Assembly (NCBI GenBank): GCA_965178125.1
Contig: OZ237752.1
Coordinates: 434,001 to 498,000, forward strand
Reading direction: 5' to 3'
DNA: 64,000 nt
Origin: Bilabrum cf. latius
Lineage: Eukaryota
Part shown: positions 23,616-35,600 of the stretch, piece by piece
Layout: each line of letters opens with the position of its first letter
Position numbering within the stretch: the first letter of the stretch is position 1
Made by a program: the position numbers and the translations under genes
Notes under the pieces: generated by a model
Seen by the model: the letters and a program-made list of their open reading frames with translations, nothing else
Databases searched by the model: none
Told to the model about the DNA's origin: nothing

Positions 23616-26600
23616 ATGGACGGTGGCAGCGAGGTGAGTCGGTGAAGGGGCAGTTGCGACGCAGTTCCCTTGTTTCTGGAATGAAATTCACCGTGTCTTT
23701 GGGGCCCACGATGTACGAATCGAGTCGTGGGCGGCGTTTGGCCCGCTGATTGTCCAATTCTCGCTCGTTTGGCCAGATCTCACCGCAGGAACCTGCTCCG
23801 GTGGCGTCAAGTTCAAGCAGTGCCGCCTCTACTGGCGCACCCGGAGCAGGTGCTTTGCAAAGTGCCCCACATCAGCCAAATATGCCCTCTGTTGCATCGG
23901 GGGGCACTGGAAGCATGTTAATTGCGCCGGGCCATGCGCTTGGCGGGGGAGTGGCCCCTGTCAGCAGCGCAGGGATCGTGGCGGCTCCCGTGCAACCCCC
24001 CGCGCCTACTCTAGCCGTTTCCGGCCAGATGGGACAGTTGCAATAGGGCTAGTTCCCATAGGCGCTTCCTTCCAATGGCTACATATCTACGGGCATGCCT
24101 GGGCCCCCGTCCGGCCAGGGCGGGATGCTGCTGCATGCGCCCCAGCTCACTATGCCGACCACGGGAGCACCCCCCAGTCAGGCTACGCTGAGCGCGGGCG
24201 CGGCGCCCATGGTGCCGGGCATGGACATACCAGCCGGCGCCGCCCCCCTCGGTACGTCATCTAGCAGTAGCTTCAGCGCCTCGCTGCAGATGCCGCAGGT
24301 GCAGCAGGGTGCTGCCCCGGGGGGGTTCACCCAGGGGTTTGCCCCCCAGTTGGGGTAGGGGGCACCGATGGCCCCGGTGCCAGTCGCCATGCAGGCGTCG
24401 GTCCTGCAGCAGCAGCAGCAGCAGCAGCAACCGATGCAGGTGCAGTCGCAGGTGCCGCCGGCCCCCCTCGCACCGGGACAAGGCACCGCAGCCAGCTCTT
24501 CCATGTGGATCGGAGGCCCAACGGCGGGAGGGATACCGGCAGCGCCACCCGCCCCGAGCGGAGACGGCGCCGAGGAGCTCCCCGAGGAGCTGCAGCACCT
24601 GTGCCTGCCCCCGCCAGAGAACAACCCAGGCTACCCCCAGAGCGTCCTCGAGACAAAGATGCCCCTCTACACGAAGCTGCCCGTCAGGCAGCTGAGGCAG
24701 CTCCTCAGGCACAGGGGCCTCGTCGTGGACGGTGCCAGGAAGACCGTAATCGACAGGGTGAGGCGCTACCTGCGCGGCGAGAAGATCAAGAAGTCGCCCC
24801 GGCCGTCCTCGGGCGCCGGCAAGGGGGACGGCTCCTCGGGTGGGAGGTCGACCCCGAAGAAATCAGCCGCCAGCGGAACCGGTGGCGCCGCGCAGTCCTC
24901 CTCGAGGGTGGCCAAGGTCAAGGCGCCCTCCCATCGGGGACGCAAGGCACAGTCGGCGGCCGTGTCGGGAGGCCGCGGGCGAGGGGGCTCCAAGGCGGCG
25001 TCGGGGGTGCTCAGCCTGGCAGTCGGAGGCAACCTCGCGATGCAGCACTTCCCCGTGTGCACCAGGCTAGCTGACGTGCAGGCGGCCAGCATCGGGGCCT
25101 GCGCCAAGCCGGCCATCGTCCCATACCCTCTGACGGCAGGGCGCGTGGCTGAGCTGGCGTGGGCCGTGGAGGACGCCACATCCGCTGACGTGGATGACGT
25201 GTGGCCGGGGATCACGGCAGACGACCAGAGGGGCAGGCTGGAGCTCGCGCTGCAGCTGCACGCGCGGAGGCTGCAGGTGCAGCGAGAGCGGGAGCAGGCG
25301 TAGGAGAAGGGTTTGAAGAAGAGCGATGGTGCAGGATCATCTTCTGCCAGTGGCGCGGCTGCATCATCGGAGCAGGGCGCTGCCGGGGACCAGGCCTTCA
25401 ATCCCAGCATCGACGTGCTTGCCGCGGGCGATCCTGCCCTCGTGGGAGTGGGGGACGAGGAAGGCGTCTCGGAGCGGACAGGCCCCGCGGGGCTGTACGA
25501 CCGCACCATCGGGCACGCCATCCTGAGGCAGGGGCAGTTCTCTGCCAGGTTTCTTGAGGTGGAGGAGGACGAGGTGCCCGAGACTCACGCTAGGGCTTGC
25601 AGCAACGACGGGAGGGAGGCGAGGATCCTGGACAACTTTGCCTTCTACGACGAGAGCGGGTGAGCGAACCTTCAACGCACGCGCATGCATTCGTATGACA
25701 TTTCCCCCCCTGTCAGCCATGGCGGCTTCGGCTGAGCATGCCGCCTCCGCGCCGTCCAGTTTCCCAACTACCCCCTCACCAATCCTTGCCCCCATTCACT
25801 GTCACCGCAGCTAGCCAGTCCCCCTTGAGTACCTCGACGTGGCGATGGAGAGGGCAGCTGCCGCCAGCCAGGCGGTCTCACAGACCACCGCGCAGCAGAT
25901 GCTGCTGCCCGGACTCATCGGGTTTGGGAGCCTCGTGCCGGTGCCTGACAGCAGGCAAGCTGCCACCGCCATGCCGGAGGTGCCGCAGCACAGCCGCGCG
26001 GCCGCCCCCGAGCTGGAGGAGCTGGTCACGACGGGAGGCAGGCACGCCCGCTCGGCCAACATGTGGCTGCCCGGGGGCAGCCTTGCCAAGAACCGCAAGC
26101 GGTCAGCGCAATCGGTGAGTTCGGTGTGGCCGCCCAGCAGAGAGTCCCCAATCCCACAGTTGTACATGTTTCATTGCTACCGGATTTGCAGGGACCAGTA
26201 TTTCCGTATTGCCTATGGTCTCTATTGTCCACTTTCAAATCTCGCAGATCGGCGGAATGAGCGGTTTCAATGACGATGCCAAGAGGGCGCGAGTGGAAGC
26301 GGGTCCATTGGACCAACCGTTCATGCAGTACTGCGTCGAGTCAGTCATCCTCGAGTCGCAGTCCGACAAGATCTCCATGAAGGCCATTCGACTTGAGGTT
26401 GAGGTGAGCTCTTGCTTGCAGCGTAACGGTGGAAGCAGGCCTTGAATTCATGTGCTGCGCGTGTTTGCTTGCTTCATCTTCGATGGCTTTATCATGTTTC
26501 ACCCTGCCAGTCGCGCGACCAGTTCGACATTTGATCTGTCTCTTCCTCGACCTCGATCGCAGAACCGCATGGGTCGCAGTCTGCAGGACCACAAACACAC

Positions 26601-29600
26601 CCTGAAGGAGATGGTCATGGCAGCCCTAGAGAAGAAAACCAGCGGGCAACTTTAGGCCACCGCGCCGCCCGCTCGTCTAGCCCCACCCCCACCCGAGGAG
26701 CACGCCCACGCCCCCCAAGGTCCACCCAGAGTTGTTCTCCGTGGCATCGTAGAATACGCCATGGACTTCACCAGGGATGGAGATAAGAGCTCTCCGTGCC
26801 TGTGGGTGCGCACTCAAAAGTCGTGGTACCGTGTTGGGGACCTGCAAGGCACGGTGAGGCCCTCGCCGGCCTACCGCAGGCTGTTTCGCCCCACTCTCAT
26901 GCGCCTCGAAGTAGCCGCGAGGGTGCGGCGGATCCTGGCCCAGGCCCTGTTGGATGCCAGGGTGCGCGCTGATAGGCAGGAAGCGATCAATTCGGGGGCG
27001 AGGGCGCAGCTGAAGATGATTGAGGCCGAGCAACAGCGCATGCAGGACGCTGCCGTCGCAGGCGGTGCAGATGATGGCGCAGCTGCTGGATAGCAGGCGA
27101 TGGAAGATGACACGAACGCCTCTGGAAGCGGCAGCTCGGCAGACGTGGGTGGCGCATCCGCCCCAAGCCCAGTCCCCGCCACGCCCACCTCGCCCGCCCC
27201 CGCGGACGCCTTGCAGCAGCCCCAGGACGATTCAGCCCTGGAGGTCCCCGTCCACCTTGAGATGAAGCTGTCGACCGCAGACCTCCTCCGCAAGCTCGAA
27301 GAGGACAGCGCGGAGGCGTGGAGGAGAGAGAAAGCAAAAGAGCAGCAGAGGGCGATAGAGAGGGACGCTAAGCTGGCCGAAATCTTGAAGGTGGCTGTAT
27401 CCGCCGACGTGTCACGGGCCTGGCTGGTGGCCAGGGAGAAGCGGCGGCAGTCGCTGGAGGAAGCCGGTGCGCCGCTGTTGGCCGCTCTGGGGGAGCTGCA
27501 GGCTCGGCTGCTCGGAAGCAGTGCCCCGGTTGCAGCAGAGACAAGCGCGGCAGCGAGTTCGTCCGCAATCATGGAGGCGCCAGCATCCACCGGAGCTGCA
27601 GCTCTAGGGGCAGGCCCATCCTTTGCCAAGTCGTACTCAGGCATCGAGGCCGGCACAGTGCCAGTGGAAGCGCGCCTAGCTGAACTAGCCCAGCAGCTGC
27701 AGGGCTCTTTGGCTTCTGCAGGCGGCCAGGCAGCCATGGAGGGTGGAAGTAGCAGTGGGGCTAGCTCCTCTAGCGGTGACGCCAGCACGGCCTCCATCTC
27801 CGGCCTCCTGCCCCCTGCACTGCGCGCGAGCACGCGCGACATCGTCGAGCTGCTGCAGAGGGTGCCCCCCTCTAGTGTGGCCAGGTCTGCGTCCCCCATC
27901 CATGGCCTCGTACTCCTCCGCGCCCTGCGGCAAGCCAAGCCTGTGTTGGATGCGGTAGTTGAGGCCACACCGGAGGAGCAGGTGGTCGCCCACAGGGTGT
28001 CTGCTGCACTCGAGGCCGTCTCAAAGGCGGGCGAGCTGCCCCGTGCATCCAGCGCGTTCAGCTGCGTGCCGATCAGCGGCGCGTGGATCGCAGAACACGC
28101 GGTCTTCGTGCAGCGCGCAGCCGCTGCTATGGATGAGCAGCTCAAGCTCATGGCCAAGCAGGTGCAGACAGACCAATCCGCCGCAGCATTGACCGGCACC
28201 GCATCTGGTGCGGGCTCTGCTTCGCCTGCAGGTACCCCTACCGTCGCGCAGTCCCTTGTGGCCATGGCTCAGAGCCCCGAAGCGGCTAAGAGGGCGGCCG
28301 ACAGGCTCCTGGCCGCGGCAGGCGCGCGCTTGCTGCCGCCGCTTAAGCGAGATGAGGCTCAGGGGGCGCGCAAGTTCGGGCCATGGCCTGCGGACGGTGA
28401 CGCAGGGGCAGCGGCAGCCTCGTCGGTCTCTCTGCATTCGAGCGATGATGAAGCCAAGGTGCTGGGAGAGTTAGAAGAGGCGAAGAAGATCCTGCAGCAA
28501 GCTGACGAGGCAGAGGCAGATGCTCGTGCCGAGGCGGCCAGCAAGGCAGCGGCAGCCGCAGCGACTGCTGCTCCTCCTACAGGCACCAGGGCCGCCAGCA
28601 AGGCAGCTGGCCTGCAGCTGACCCTGCCATTCGGACTTACGGCGCCCACCGTGCCGCAGTCCCTGATCGCAGGATACCTGGCCCCACCCCTTGCATCGTC
28701 CGCTGTTGCCTCTTTGGCACTGGCGCATGCCGCGCTCGCAAGGTTTAGCACGCTTCCATCCAAGCAGTTGGCGCTTGCAGCCGCCAAGCACGCTCCCGAC
28801 ATCGGGACGCTCGCGGGCCAGCTCCCCCAGACCGCAAGCTCCGAGCCCTTTCTGGACATCTGCGGGGTTGCGGCAAGCCGGGCGGAGCTCATGGGCAAGG
28901 CCGTGGAGGACGCTGGTCTTGCGGCCAGGCTTGCCGACATAGTGTCGGTCAGTCGGGCGCGGGCGGCCTTCGGTGACGAGGACGCTCTCCAGTGTCTCGC
29001 GCACTGCGGCGCCTTTCTGCTTGCGGTGGCCAAGGGTCAGGGCGCGGCGAACGCCGCAGGGTTCCCCCTCCCTTCTAGCGCCGTGCCCGACCTGGCAGAG
29101 CTCTTCGACAACGCGCGGTCTGCGATCCTGGCAGTCACCGGCACTGAGCCAGAGGTGCTGGAGGAGGAGCTGCAGTCCCAGGTGGCACTGCTAGGTGGCA
29201 CCGCCACGGTCGGAAGCGGCCTCGGCTCTGGCGATGTCGCTGGTGCCGGCGGCGGGATCTTTGCCGAGGCAGGGGAGCTGCTGGGCCGCCTAAATGCTCG
29301 CGCTTCTGCCTAGTCGCGAGACGAAATCGAGGCGTCGGTCACGGAGCTCCTCGCTCCCTTGCTGAAGGTCGCCGGCGGGTCCTCCTCGTAGCCCGCCGCG
29401 AGCGACGGCGACGAAGGAGGCGAGGGTGAGGGCGAGGACAACCGCGGGCCGGCCTGGATCAAGGCCCAGACCGCGAGTGCCCCGGGCCGCCGCCCCCTCA
29501 TGGCAGCTCGCGCAGCCCTTAAGGACGCGGAGAAGGCCGCCTACAAGACCCACTCTGCCTGCGTCGGCGAAAAGTATCGGTTGAGCAGGAGGGCCAGGGA

Positions 29601-32600
29601 GGAGCTCCGCAAGCTGAGGAGGGAGGCAGCCAAGAAGGCAGCCGCCGCCGAGGCAGCAAGGAAGCGAAGGGAGCGGGCGCTCCTCAAGCCGAAGGGGGAG
29701 GGCAGAAGCAAGGCCAAGGCCAAGGGCAAGGGGCGCGGGACAAACCCTTCCAAATCTGGCTCGCAGGGAGGTGGGGTAGGAGGCGGACGTACCAACTCGG
29801 ACGAGGACGGGGACGACCTGGAGGTGCCCGACGATATCGACTCCGAGTCCGAGTCGACGGGGCCGGGCGCCCGTGGCGCTGATGGCGGCCCCGGCGGCAA
29901 GTCGATGACGCCGCAGGCGATCGCGCAGCGTGCTGCCCGGCGCGCCGCCAGGCTCCGTGCCCTGCCTGTGCCCCGGCTGCCAACCACGATCGACGAGGAG
30001 CACCTCATGCTGGTGGCCATCGGGGAGCTGCCCCACGACAGGGATCTCTTGGCGCAGCTCAAGGCGAACTTCGCCATCGACGATAGGAAGAAAGCCAAGA
30101 GGGGCAATTCAAAGGCACCAGCACCGGCCCCATCATCGTCATCATCATCGTCTTCGGATGCCGCTGCGGCTGCCTCGGAGGCCGCCGCCAGTAGCAGCAA
30201 GGCAGACGAACCCAGGAAGCGAAGGTCGCCTCCCACGCTCTGGGAGCTGCTCACCCCCATGCAGGCCCGGGACCTGCTGCCTCCCCTCAGCGCCGCCCCG
30301 CCCACCCGAGAGCTCCTGCCGGCCGTTCCTGACGCGCACAGAGGAGCCGTTGTGTCATGCTGGATCCAGCTGTGCAGGCTCGCCCCACTGCTGCGGGTAA
30401 GCCCCATCGGCCTCGAGGCGCTTGCGCAGGCCCTTTTGGCTCCGGATAGCGAGTCTGCCCTCCTGGCAGAGGTATTCTCCAGGGGCACACGGGCCATGCT
30501 GGGGCTGCCTCTGGACAGGGGGCAGGCACTGCGCGCGGCTGCCGCGCAGCAGTCGGCTGCCTACTAGAGACAGAGGGCGGGCGCCAAGAAACTGCTCGTT
30601 GCCTGCAGGGAAGCCGCGAGGAACAAGCACATCGGGCTCAAGACGTTCGGGTGCGTGCCACCGACGCAACTGGCTGACGGGCCGGGCGCTCCTCTGTACG
30701 GTGTGCTCTCGGTGGCCGACGACACTGTGACCCACGACACCGCTGTGCACGCAGTGTTTGCTTAGGATGACACGTGCGATGCCTACGAGTCGCAGGCAGA
30801 GCTGATCCAGGGCAGGGCAGAGGGCCAGGTGCCGTCTGAGGAGGACATCGCGGCCAAGCTTGGCAGCCTGTCGTCGGCGCAGATCGACGGGCAGCAGGCC
30901 ATGGATGCGGAAGATGGCGAGAAGGACAGCGATGAGGACGACGAGGCCAGCGAGGAGAAGCAGGGCCCTAAGTACTACCTGACCAAGCGACAGAAAGAGG
31001 CCCGAAGGAGGAGGCAGGTGCTGCTGCTTGAGGCGCAGAGAGATGCCATGGTGGAGCAGGAGGTGGCTGCGGCTGGAAGGCTCTTTGGCGGAGGCTCAGA
31101 GGCGGCCGCCGGCGGCTCTACATCTGCTTCGGAGCCTGGCTTGCGCAGCGGTGTGCTGCAGAGCGGCTGGCTCAAGTGGATCAGGCAGCAGCGCCGAGAG
31201 ACCACCGAGACCAGGAGTGAGGAAGCGGCGGCGCACGAGGTGCCAGTGCAGTGGCTCGGCGGAGAGGCACTATCTCGCACCATGAGGCTTGGCGAGCAGC
31301 CTCGGTCCATCCGAAAGGCATTTGAGAGCACGCAGGGGCTTTGGGGGGCGCGGGTGGATCCGTATACCGGCGGAGTGAGGCAGGAAGTTGGCATGTGCGA
31401 CGCACACGACGCCACTCTGGCGGGCCTGATGACCGCGGATTGCGGCTCTTGGCAGGAGGTGCTCAGGACGGCCATGTTGCGAGGCCTCGAAGCAGAGGAC
31501 TTTAACCGAATCGCCTGGGGGAATTACCTGACCACAGAGAAGGATCGCCGAGCCGATGCTTTGAAGCTGCTGCAGCAGCTAGAGGCGGATCTGGCAGAGG
31601 GTGGCAGCGGCGGCATGGCAGCGGATTCAGGCGGTGTCATCGGACAAACAAATGGAGGCGAGCATGGCGGGAGCGCCTCCTCTGGCAGTGAACCGGGAGC
31701 CAGCGCCGTGCCGGAATCGGCAGGCGAGCGCGCCGCCACGGCCCTGCTTGGTGCCCCGGCTGCGGCTGGCCAGCAGGCCATGGACGCAGGTGAGGCGTCC
31801 TCCGGGGCTGGCACCGGCACATCCGATTCGGGTGCCGGCATCGACGGCAGCAAGTTGGAGCCGGGTGCCTGCCCGAGTGCCGTACTGGCTGCCGGGGCCG
31901 GCTCGGTGCTCACGGGCCCGACCGGCTGGCGCATGTCGCCGGCGATGGCCAACTGCTACAAGATCCTGTCGGACCTGATGGCAGATCCCCGCGTGCGCAA
32001 GTTCTTGATGGAAGTGGCTGAGGTGATCGAGGACGCGGCAGCGAGGGGGCAGGATGGAGTCAGCCCCGAGGATGATCCGGTGTTCTCCGTGCAGGGACTC
32101 AAGACCACCAAGGCCAAGGCTGCCATCAACGAGGTCAAGCAGATTGCCGTCGCAGAGGCCGGCGGGCACGTCCACGACCGAGATAAGCTTGCGGCAATCC
32201 CTGCCCTCGACTTGCAGATTGTCTGCTGGAGGCTGCTGTCTGGGTACTACTGCGAGGACCACCCGTCCACTGCAGTCGCCAAGCAGAGAGCGAAGGAGCA
32301 GGAGGCAGAGTGGAGGAAAAAGGTGGCCAGCGGTGAGGCAGTGGAAGAAGACGACGACGACGATGACGACGAGGATGATGACGATGATGACGATGATGAT
32401 GACGAAGAGGAAGATGCCAGCGGTGCAGGTGGTGACGGTGATGACGAAGGCGCCGATGAGGATGGCGATGACCAGGAGGAGGACGGCGAGGCCGCTGTTG
32501 GCGGTGAGGACACGGAGGAGGGCGCTGCCTCTGGTGCCAAGAAGAGCAAGAAGGACGGCAATAGAGGCAAGCCCAGGAGGCCCAAGTGGCTGAGGACCCT

Positions 32601-35600
32601 CTATGACACCGAGGGACGGCCGAGGGATGCCATGGCTCCCGGGGGCACCATCGGGGCCGGCCGTGGGTCGGGGATCCGTGGCTTCGCCAGAGACGTCCGC
32701 ATGGTGCTGCGGCACAGGGGCACGCTGACCCTTCGCAAGGCCTCGGGGCTGTCTATCATCGAACAGGCGCACTACATCAAGGAGTGGGAGAGGGAATGCT
32801 CGCGCAGGCGGAAGAAGGGCAAGCAGACAAGGGCACTGGAGCAGCTGGTGCAGGAGAAGGCGAAGGGCGACCTTGCAGCCCTGAGCACCTTCACTACGCA
32901 GTGGCAGAACAAGGCGCTTGCAGTGGAGGCAGAGGAGAAGGGCGCGCTGATCGCTGATGCAGACCACGAGCTGAGCCGCATGCTGGCCCTGGGCCGGATC
33001 CCCGTACCGATGACCAAGGCTGCCGCGGCTGGCGGTGCCGGGGCTGCGTCAAGCGCTTCCAACGCCCCCGCTTCGCAGGACGCTACTCCTGGGTCGGCCC
33101 GCCGCCGGTCGATGAGCGAGGCTAGGGAGGCCGCGCAGGGCCACGCCACGAAGGAGGAGACCCTGCCCGAGGCCTTCCTGGCCCGAGCTCTCGGCGAGCT
33201 GGACTTCAGGCACTGGCCGTTCGAGTGGCGCCTCTCGCTGCTGCAGTGGCTGCTGCTGCAGGTCTCCACCTCTGCCACAGGGAGGGCCTTCGAGGCTGCC
33301 GTGGAGAAGGAGCTGCTCTCCATCAGGAAGGCAACGAAAGAGGCAACGGACAGGATCGCAAAGCTCGGCAGGGAGTTTGCCGCCAAGTACAGGAGCAGGA
33401 AATCCGCCAGGCTCGTGGCTGAAGAAGCCCAGGCGCAGGCACACACTGCAGGCGGCGGGAGCTCCGGCAGGTCCCGTCCCCAGAGGAGCAGAGCGGCGCC
33501 GCAGGAAGAGGACACCGGGCTGGAGGGCGACTCCTCGCTCGACCTGCAGAACGCGCTCGTCATCGCGGAGGAAGTGAACGCCGCCATCGACCTCTACGCC
33601 AGGACCCTCGCCGCCCCGATCTCGATCTCGACGCTGCAGGACCAGAAGGCCAAGACGAGGTACGACGATGCAGTGCGAGCCGCTGGGCCAGAAGGAGGCA
33701 GCCTGCGGGCGGAGGCCGCGGGCGTCTTCGCCCTGCTCAAGCAGCTTAGGGACAGGCGAGAGCTGCTCTCCGGGAGGCCGGAGCACCTGGGCGAGGACAG
33801 GGCAGGGAGGAAGTACTGGTCCATGGCTGCGATCGGGCAGCCGTTCGCGGCCGGTGGGATGGTGCTCGTGGAGGACGCGCCGGAGAGGCACCCGGGCCAG
33901 CTGCTAGCGCGGAAGGTAGAACGGGCGAGGCAGGAGGGCTGGTTGGCGGACGCGAGCCGCAGATGGGCGCGGGATGCCGGCGCAAGAAACGCGAAGATGC
34001 GCAGGAGTGGCGCAGCCGCTGCACCCGATCTGCTCGGAGCCTCTTCTGGGCTGACTGCAGGCGCCGTCGCAATGTCGGACGACCCTGGTGCCACAGCCGG
34101 GGCAGGTGGTCAGAGCAACGGGCAGGCTCCTATGGGCGCTGGCCCGGGCACGGCTTCGGGCGGCCCTGCATCGTCGCTCACTTTCGCCGGGCCGCTGCCT
34201 GGCGACCCCGACGATGGGCCTGGCGTGCACCAGCAGCCGACCGTGGAGGACCTGAGGCCCGGGACTGCCACCGGTGGCAGCCTGCGCATGATGCTTCCAG
34301 AGGACCTACCGTCGCTCACTCGGTGGCTGCTGCCGAACGGGAGAAGCGACGGCCCACTCCTCCAGAACATCCGCGCCGAGCTGCCCAGGCTGTCTGCTCA
34401 GCGGGCGGCGTCCAAGCGAATGGACGCCGCCGCAGCTGCGGGCGCCCTCCGGTTTGCTGCTCGTGTCAAGGGGCTCTTCGACGCCGAGGCGGGAGTGCCA
34501 GGCGCTGGCGCCACGCAGGAGGACGAGGAGGAGGACGAGGACGGCGAGCCCATGGATCTGACCATGAGCATGCTGCGGTCCGCCGACTCTGAGCTGGACG
34601 CCGAGTGGCCCACTGCCCGCGCGCTGCTACTGGCAACGACGGGTACTCCCGGAGAGGACGTGCTTTCTTCGGCCAGGTCCAAGGGTGTCGTCAATGACGC
34701 GATCAAGGCGGCATCCGAGGCCAGGGATGCCGAAGACGCGCGGCTGAGCGTTCGCAGGGGCATGCTGTGCCGCACCGGGAACGTGGCCGACGTGCTAGCA
34801 CCGGCTGTCCCGCGCTGGCTGCAGTTCGACTTGAGCAGCCTGCTTTGGAACGGCCGCTGGATGTGCGTTGATGAACATTGCTCCAATTCGTACGCCCAGA
34901 CGATGCTGCCGGTCTCGCGGTCCTCGTGCGCCGCGCTGCTGCCCGGGGAGATGCCCGACACGCCGTCCATCCGCATGCAGCCGCTGTCTGCTGCCTTCTT
35001 CTGGGCCCGCGTGCGCAAAGGGCAGGACGCGTGCGCTGCTGTGGTGCTGCCCAACTCACCCGCGGTCGCTCTGTCTGGTCTCTGCGACGACAGGAATGCG
35101 TCGTCTGGGGAGCTGCCTGACGATGAGGAGGAGGAGGAGCAGGAGAGGGAGGGCGCCAGGAGTAGCTCGCCGGCGCAGGATGGCGCAGAGGCGGGGACAG
35201 GTGGAGCTGCTACTGCGAACAGCACCGCGAGCGGGCAGCAAGCCATGGACGGTGACCGCGAAGAGGGTGAAGATAGTGATGACAAGCAGAGCGGTAGCAA
35301 GTCTGACGGCGACGAAGACGAGGACGAAGATGAGGATGAAGACGACGGCTCCACAGAGGGCGACCCCTTCAGCAAGAGGGGCCCTTCGAAGGGCGTGGTG
35401 GGGCCCAGGCCCCAGTACAGCCACGCCATGGTGGAGACAGCCGTGTCTGTGGCTCTCTTGCAGGAAGACCCGAGGCCCCTTCTGCTGACTTTCCCGCTGC
35501 CACTGCCGCAGCACGCCTCCTACCGGTCTTTGGCCAACGACGTCATGGACAAGCTCAAGCTCCCGGCGGCCAGGGAACACAGAGAGAGGGAGGCAGAGAA

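Noticed and set aside
32341-32415. GAT/GAC, GCT (17651-17676), CAG (24406-24430) and GAAGAT (50884-50908) simple repeats
   Set aside because: Ordinary coding homopolymer tracts (poly-D, poly-A, poly-Q, poly-S).
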